From assembly GCA_043811375.1 (NCBI GenBank), contig JBDRNJ010000002.1, forward strand, positions 1-28,450: a stretch of 28,450 nucleotides of DNA, in the 5' to 3' direction. Every line of letters begins with the position of its first letter. Position 1 is the stretch's first letter. The notes under the pieces were generated by a model that saw nothing but the letters and a program-made list of their open reading frames with translations, made no database searches and was not told the origin of the DNA. Both the position numbers and the translations under genes were made by a program. This DNA comes from a bacterium (GTDB lineage: Bacteria; Zixibacteria; MSB-5A5; GN15; FEB-12). Positions 25,001-28,450 of the stretch are shown in pieces.

Positions 25001-28000
25001 TCCCAACCCGGCCAGTGACTTTACGGAGATTAATCTGGGGTTGCCTCAAGCGTCTGATTATACGGTGTATATATTTGACAACATTGATGCTGACTTCGCT
25101 TTGGTCAACAGCTTGACGGGTTACGGAGATGCCGGCATGTTGGCTATCGAATGGGATCTCACGGACAGCAATGGCGTAAAACTCGACACTGGTATATACA
25201 GGTGTCTAGTTAAGGCCGGCGACTTCAGTTGCTGGGGTGACATCCGTATAACGGACTGCACTATTCTCTCTGCTCCGGGACTCGTCTCGCCGATCAATGG
25301 CGACACCGGTGTAAGTCATACACCGACACTCATATGGCATGACGTGGATGGTGCCGACAACTATGAAGTCGAAGTTGACACCGATAGCACGTTCACTGAT
25401 TCACCGGCGTCAGGGTACATTGTCGATACTACCGTGGTACCTCAAATCCCTATCAGCGATACCGTGTACTGGCATGTGCGGGCGCTATCTTCATGCGACA
25501 CCTCCGACTGGTCGGATACCTGGCATTTTACCACGACTGATACGGCTACAGGTTCGGTCTGTGTCTCCCTCTGGATGGGAGAGGATAGTTGTATCGATAT
25601 CTCAAGTCCATTCGCAACCGGTGAGGTTTGGGTGGGGCTGTATATGAACGCCGCTGAGGAATTGGGCGGTTTCGATTTGTTGATTGACTACGACCCCTCC
25701 TCCATGTCGTTTGAAATGGCTACCATTGCCACTACCGAGATTGAGGCCTGGGAATACTTCATTGACTCTATAGTAGACTCCAACAGGATTCGTCTGGTGG
25801 CAATAGCAGATGTAAACAATGGTCCGTTCCACCCACCTACGGAGTCACTGACTCCCAACGGGCTGGCTGTTCTGTTGCAGTTTTTCGTTGCTTTCGACAG
25901 CAACCTGTATGGGCAGTATCTGCCGATCGACTTCTACTGGGTAGACTGCGGTGTCAACACTCTAAGTAATGTAGACGGTAGCGAGGACTTTGTTGATCTG
26001 CAGATATATAGCGCCGAGAGTGTTCTCATTTGGGATGAAGACGACGATATCAACTACCCTGAAGGCTCACGGCCTGCCGGTTTGGGATTCAGCGATGACT
26101 GCCTGACCGATTTTCCTGATGCGCGCCGCTGCGCCATTTTTCAGCATGGTGGCGTCTGTGTTGCAGAGCCGGCACCCTGCCAATTGCAGTGTTTCACCAG
26201 TGCCATCACTTTTCCTGCAATCGAAGGTGGTCCCGACCCGACCAACGCTCTCTTCACGGTCAGTGAGGCGGGTGGCGGCAACTGTCCCTTTGCAGTTTCC
26301 TGGGATTCGAGTTGGTTTAGTGTTGTTCCCGACACCGGCACCACACCCGCTCAATTGACTGTCTCTATCGACATATCAGGTCTGGCAGCAGGTACTTACA
26401 TCGATACCATCTGGGTAACCTCGCCGCAGGACCCGGACTCGGTGTCTGTCCGTATTCAGCTCGACCTGTCACCTGTTGGAGGTGATTTTGCAGCGTCCTT
26501 TACCGCCTCATCCGGCAGCCAGATGTACATATTCGATTCGACGGTGTCGGTCGGCGATGTCGTAGGCGTTTCCGTAGTCGGCAGCCCTGACGATTACGAT
26601 GTGCCCTGGTGTGACGGGATAGGCTGCTGTATCAGCCACAGCCTGTACGATGCCTACTCTCTGGCGCGTGTTGCCGCCGACACTATTCATCTCACCGGTG
26701 GGTATCCGGGGGCGAACTGGCTCGACGGCTGGCTGGAAGTGCGCGACTCCCTCAGTATTGATACTGTGTTTGGGTCGATTGGCGTAGAAGCCCACGGCGC
26801 CTGGTACCAGGTCTCGCCGGATCGACACCGCCTGGAATGGCATGGCGGGCAGTCTGATGACGGTTGTAGCTGCTCTGATTGCGGCCGACTAAACCTCTAC
26901 ATCGTACTGGCCGGTACCACCCCTTCCTGCACAACCGTCTGGATCGCAGCCGACGCCGGTCTGGAAGCCGCCGTCCGGAACCACATTGGCAAGCCGACCA
27001 ATACTGTCTGGCTATGTGATGTGGACACGATAACGAACCTGGATGCCTCAGGCCGCAGTATCTACGGTTTGGGCGGTATCCAGTACCTGATTGCGCTGGA
27101 CACGCTTAATCTCTTCGACAACCAGATTACCGATATCGGCCTGCTGGCTGCTCTAACATCGCTAAGCTATCTTGATCTCTCCTACAATCAGACTTCAGAC
27201 ATCGAGTCACTGGCTGAAATGGATTCGCTGGTTTGGCTTAACCTCTTTGTCAACCAGATCATTGATATCACTCCACTGGCTGGATTGACGTCGTTGAGTT
27301 ATCTGTATCTTGCCGATAACCAGATCGTTGTCATCACTTCGCTGGCGGGATTGGATTCGTTGGTTCTACTTAATCTGTTCAATAACCAGGTCGAAGACAT
27401 CAGCCCGCTGGTTGCCAACAGCGGCCTGGCTGCCGGTGATACAGTTCACGTTTGGTATAACCCTCTGAATGACTCTTCCATCAATATCCACATTCCTGCG
27501 CTCACGGACAGGGGCGTCGTGGTTCGCTCCAAATTCCTTGTGTTCGACCCTGACACGCTTTATTTCTATGCCGATTCAGGTGGAACTAACCCGGCAGCGC
27601 AGCAAGTTCTGGTCAGCGAGGCGGGCAACTTCTACTCATTGGATTACACCATGGAGGAATTCACCTCCTGGCTGTGGCTCACTAATCCTTCTGGTACCAC
27701 ACCTGGCAGCACGATGGTGTATGTTGATATCACCGGCTTTTCGGTGGGCGGCTATTCCGATTCGATTGAGGTGACATCGGCCCAGGCCTATTACTCAACC
27801 AAGTCCGTCTACTGCAGTCTGGTGGTGAGCAGCCCGGACGCTGGCCTTGTCTTCCCCGACACCGGCCTGGAGGGCGCTATCCGGGATCATATCAGCAAAC
27901 CGACCGGGCCGATTTATGTCAGCGATGTGGATACGATCACGTATCTGGATGCTTCGAGCCGCAATATCTCCGATTTGGGCGGTATCCAGCACCTAACTGC

Positions 28001-28450
28001 CCTGGACACGCTTGGTCTCGCCGGCAACAATATCACGGACATCAGCCCACTGGTTGCAAACGGGGGACTGGCTGGAGGTGATTATGTGGGCATACAGTAT
28101 AATCCTCTAAGCGACTCCTCCATCTGTTCCCACATCCCGACTCTCACCGACCGGGGTGTGATAGTTTACTCCAACTACTTCCGCATTGATCCTCAAGCGA
28201 TCTACTTCACGGCCGAGATAGGTGGACCGAATCCGGTGCCGGAGACACTTCGTGTCTACGAAGCCGGCGGGCAGACGGTACTAAACTATACGATCAGCAG
28301 GTCGATCACCTGGTGTGGGGCAGATGATACAACCGGCAGTACACCGGACAGCACTACCGTACATGCTGAAATCTCCGGTCTTGCTACAGGCAATCACTAC
28401 GGTTACCTGATACTAACCTCGGCCCAGGCCTACAACTCCCCGGATACAAT
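22041..28450 (+). CDS. Giant modular surface lipoprotein (>2136 aa, 3' partial): cohesin-like, BACON, FN3, FlgD-Ig-like and internalin-like LRR modules
   Basis: Manually translated with no stop to the window end. Signal II MNKRLVYRVFLVLMSVTTLYLLTT-C. Contains AGYNVYKS x2, PACPNPA...WDLTD x2, GGFDLLIDYD...WEYF...AIADVNNG, BACON-like W..V.P..GTTP units and 22-aa LRRs. Alternative in-frame ATGs at 22023 and 22029. Confidence 0.92.
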   Translation, partial: MNKRLVYRVFLVLMSVTTLYLLTTCAKKIINDDHDTAIQFKIAVEYSTAELADLIVKYRVTISASDMETITATLEERNGIVSGEVREVPEGSGRNILLEALDVHDTVIYAGSVDTSIIAGQTVRVNIQLEPVVSIVRLSPKFSSAQSTDTLTVEVRACNVGDLSHADLAVVIDTSALDVTGVTGDNVDSFYFNAGRDSLYIAIFVNSSPPDTGAGIRCLDLATLQCSCLVADFCSYSASLGVDVLSIRSDTLTLELPYTDGMTTRISGFLLDVTPGTLSFQIPAPGPYLHGVFSLVESCGNGDIPYSLEIDESVDWFTISSQSGLTPAVCTVGINTAGMPYETSYFDSIRVTSQLATDTSFVYVLLNIGDCPPPLPPGSPVGQIGHLYGDTVATLIMWLQSGSPDVAGYNVYKSSGDGDFTTINDNLITQNPMDPSFGNFLHIDYDLNTTSQVRLRYYVTAVSDSGCESSNSDTITFVPADISDSSQTRVQNLQPMDGWFSSDVPTFTWNSEPGAESYMILLTPNTPGNDPAIWLYRHTDTSFQLGEQLGMTYMPLATAHSPLVGGQLYRFQVYPINSDRAVYRWGEATFEAIGPEGFLGITECEPPGAEDSRDWRNHGSTRYGVAPACPNPASMPVSVGLSNMDDGTLDWYVLSSLSDTVKVGQSSFMPAGHHYFVWDLTDDESIRLVPDIYRFCLRINDFQTYGDIQVLDYSDTVPAPTSPLGLMGYTEHGDTIMTVIFWIEPDYHDIAGYNVYKSVGGGAFDTLNDSLITGNPINPAWPNCLWVDYGNDTSSTVVHRYYIKTVNSAGSESEASDTISFVPSVLWQAMMGEGSPRIENLRPRDGLFGSTSPTFSWDPVAGSQGYAMMLRPTGSEGDEPVMWIYGSNATSMQLGETGGLTYVPLEYSPLIAGTYYHFNVFAINSDNAVYMMSEGSTFEAIGPEGFTGITRTDVDCVVDSSEVDTSDWCDNCGGGPLPSQFCSPPACPNPASDFTEINLGLPQASDYTVYIFDNIDADFALVNSLTGYGDAGMLAIEWDLTDSNGVKLDTGIYRCLVKAGDFSCWGDIRITDCTILSAPGLVSPINGDTGVSHTPTLIWHDVDGADNYEVEVDTDSTFTDSPASGYIVDTTVVPQIPISDTVYWHVRALSSCDTSDWSDTWHFTTTDTATGSVCVSLWMGEDSCIDISSPFATGEVWVGLYMNAAEELGGFDLLIDYDPSSMSFEMATIATTEIEAWEYFIDSIVDSNRIRLVAIADVNNGPFHPPTESLTPNGLAVLLQFFVAFDSNLYGQYLPIDFYWVDCGVNTLSNVDGSEDFVDLQIYSAESVLIWDEDDDINYPEGSRPAGLGFSDDCLTDFPDARRCAIFQHGGVCVAEPAPCQLQCFTSAITFPAIEGGPDPTNALFTVSEAGGGNCPFAVSWDSSWFSVVPDTGTTPAQLTVSIDISGLAAGTYIDTIWVTSPQDPDSVSVRIQLDLSPVGGDFAASFTASSGSQMYIFDSTVSVGDVVGVSVVGSPDDYDVPWCDGIGCCISHSLYDAYSLARVAADTIHLTGGYPGANWLDGWLEVRDSLSIDTVFGSIGVEAHGAWYQVSPDRHRLEWHGGQSDDGCSCSDCGRLNLYIVLAGTTPSCTTVWIAADAGLEAAVRNHIGKPTNTVWLCDVDTITNLDASGRSIYGLGGIQYLIALDTLNLFDNQITDIGLLAALTSLSYLDLSYNQTSDIESLAEMDSLVWLNLFVNQIIDITPLAGLTSLSYLYLADNQIVVITSLAGLDSLVLLNLFNNQVEDISPLVANSGLAAGDTVHVWYNPLNDSSINIHIPALTDRGVVVRSKFLVFDPDTLYFYADSGGTNPAAQQVLVSEAGNFYSLDYTMEEFTSWLWLTNPSGTTPGSTMVYVDITGFSVGGYSDSIEVTSAQAYYSTKSVYCSLVVSSPDAGLVFPDTGLEGAIRDHISKPTGPIYVSDVDTITYLDASSRNISDLGGIQHLTALDTLGLAGNNITDISPLVANGGLAGGDYVGIQYNPLSDSSICSHIPTLTDRGVIVYSNYFRIDPQAIYFTAEIGGPNPVPETLRVYEAGGQTVLNYTISRSITWCGADDTTGSTPDSTTVHAEISGLATGNHYGYLILTSAQAYNSPDT
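23160..25260 (+). repeat. Diverged tandem duplication (about 344-aa period) of an FN3/FN3-like/FlgD-like module
   Basis: AGYNVYKS at 23259 and 24291 (1032 nt apart). SDTI.FVP, TFEAIGPEGF.GIT, PACPNPAS and WDLTD each occur twice. Boundaries are approximate. Confidence 0.85.
26952..28450 (+). repeat. Duplicated cap-LRR-BACON module
   Basis: D.GLE.A.R.HI.KPT at 26952 and 27858. GGIQ.L..LDTL, DISPLVAN.GL, HIP.LTDRGV and TSAQAY each occur twice. Confidence 0.85.

Noticed and set aside
23160..28450. Duplicated modules as diversity-generating retroelement template/variable repeats
   Set aside because: Both copies are in-frame coding and diverge at all bases, and no reverse transcriptase is present in the window.

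Overview
Chromosomal window from an anaerobic diderm bacterium. The cohesin-like motifs and D-[S/T]-x-rich secreted proteins suggest an FCB-group lineage such as Zixibacteria (inference). From left to right: (1) the right end of an IS3-family element and a decayed ardC-like antirestriction gene. (2) A Cys-PAS sigma54 activator (OrpR-like) with a sigma54 promoter and a TGCAACA palindrome cluster. It drives an operon encoding a NifB/NifX-domain fusion protein, an Hmc/Tmc/DsrMKJOP-like transmembrane redox complex (HmcF-, HmcE- and HmcB-like subunits, plus an NrfD subunit fused to a hexaheme cytochrome c), a Cys-PAS histidine kinase, three stand-alone receivers and a CGGC protein. (3) A zinc-ribbon protein, a GNAT, AlkD, and an FHA-GAF histidine kinase divergent from a PEGA-domain Ser/Thr kinase. 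(4) A minus-strand three-gene cluster encoding an NTT/TLC nucleotide (ATP/ADP) translocase, a POTRA-less Omp85 barrel and a lipoprotein with an atypical kinase fold. This is the best candidate for an undescribed system: ATP supply to an extracytoplasmic kinase. (5) A modular surface lipoprotein of more than 2100 aa (FN3, FlgD-like, cohesin-like, BACON and internalin-like LRR modules) that runs off the window end and is missing from the ORF track. All family calls come from motif recognition by eye; no searches were run.
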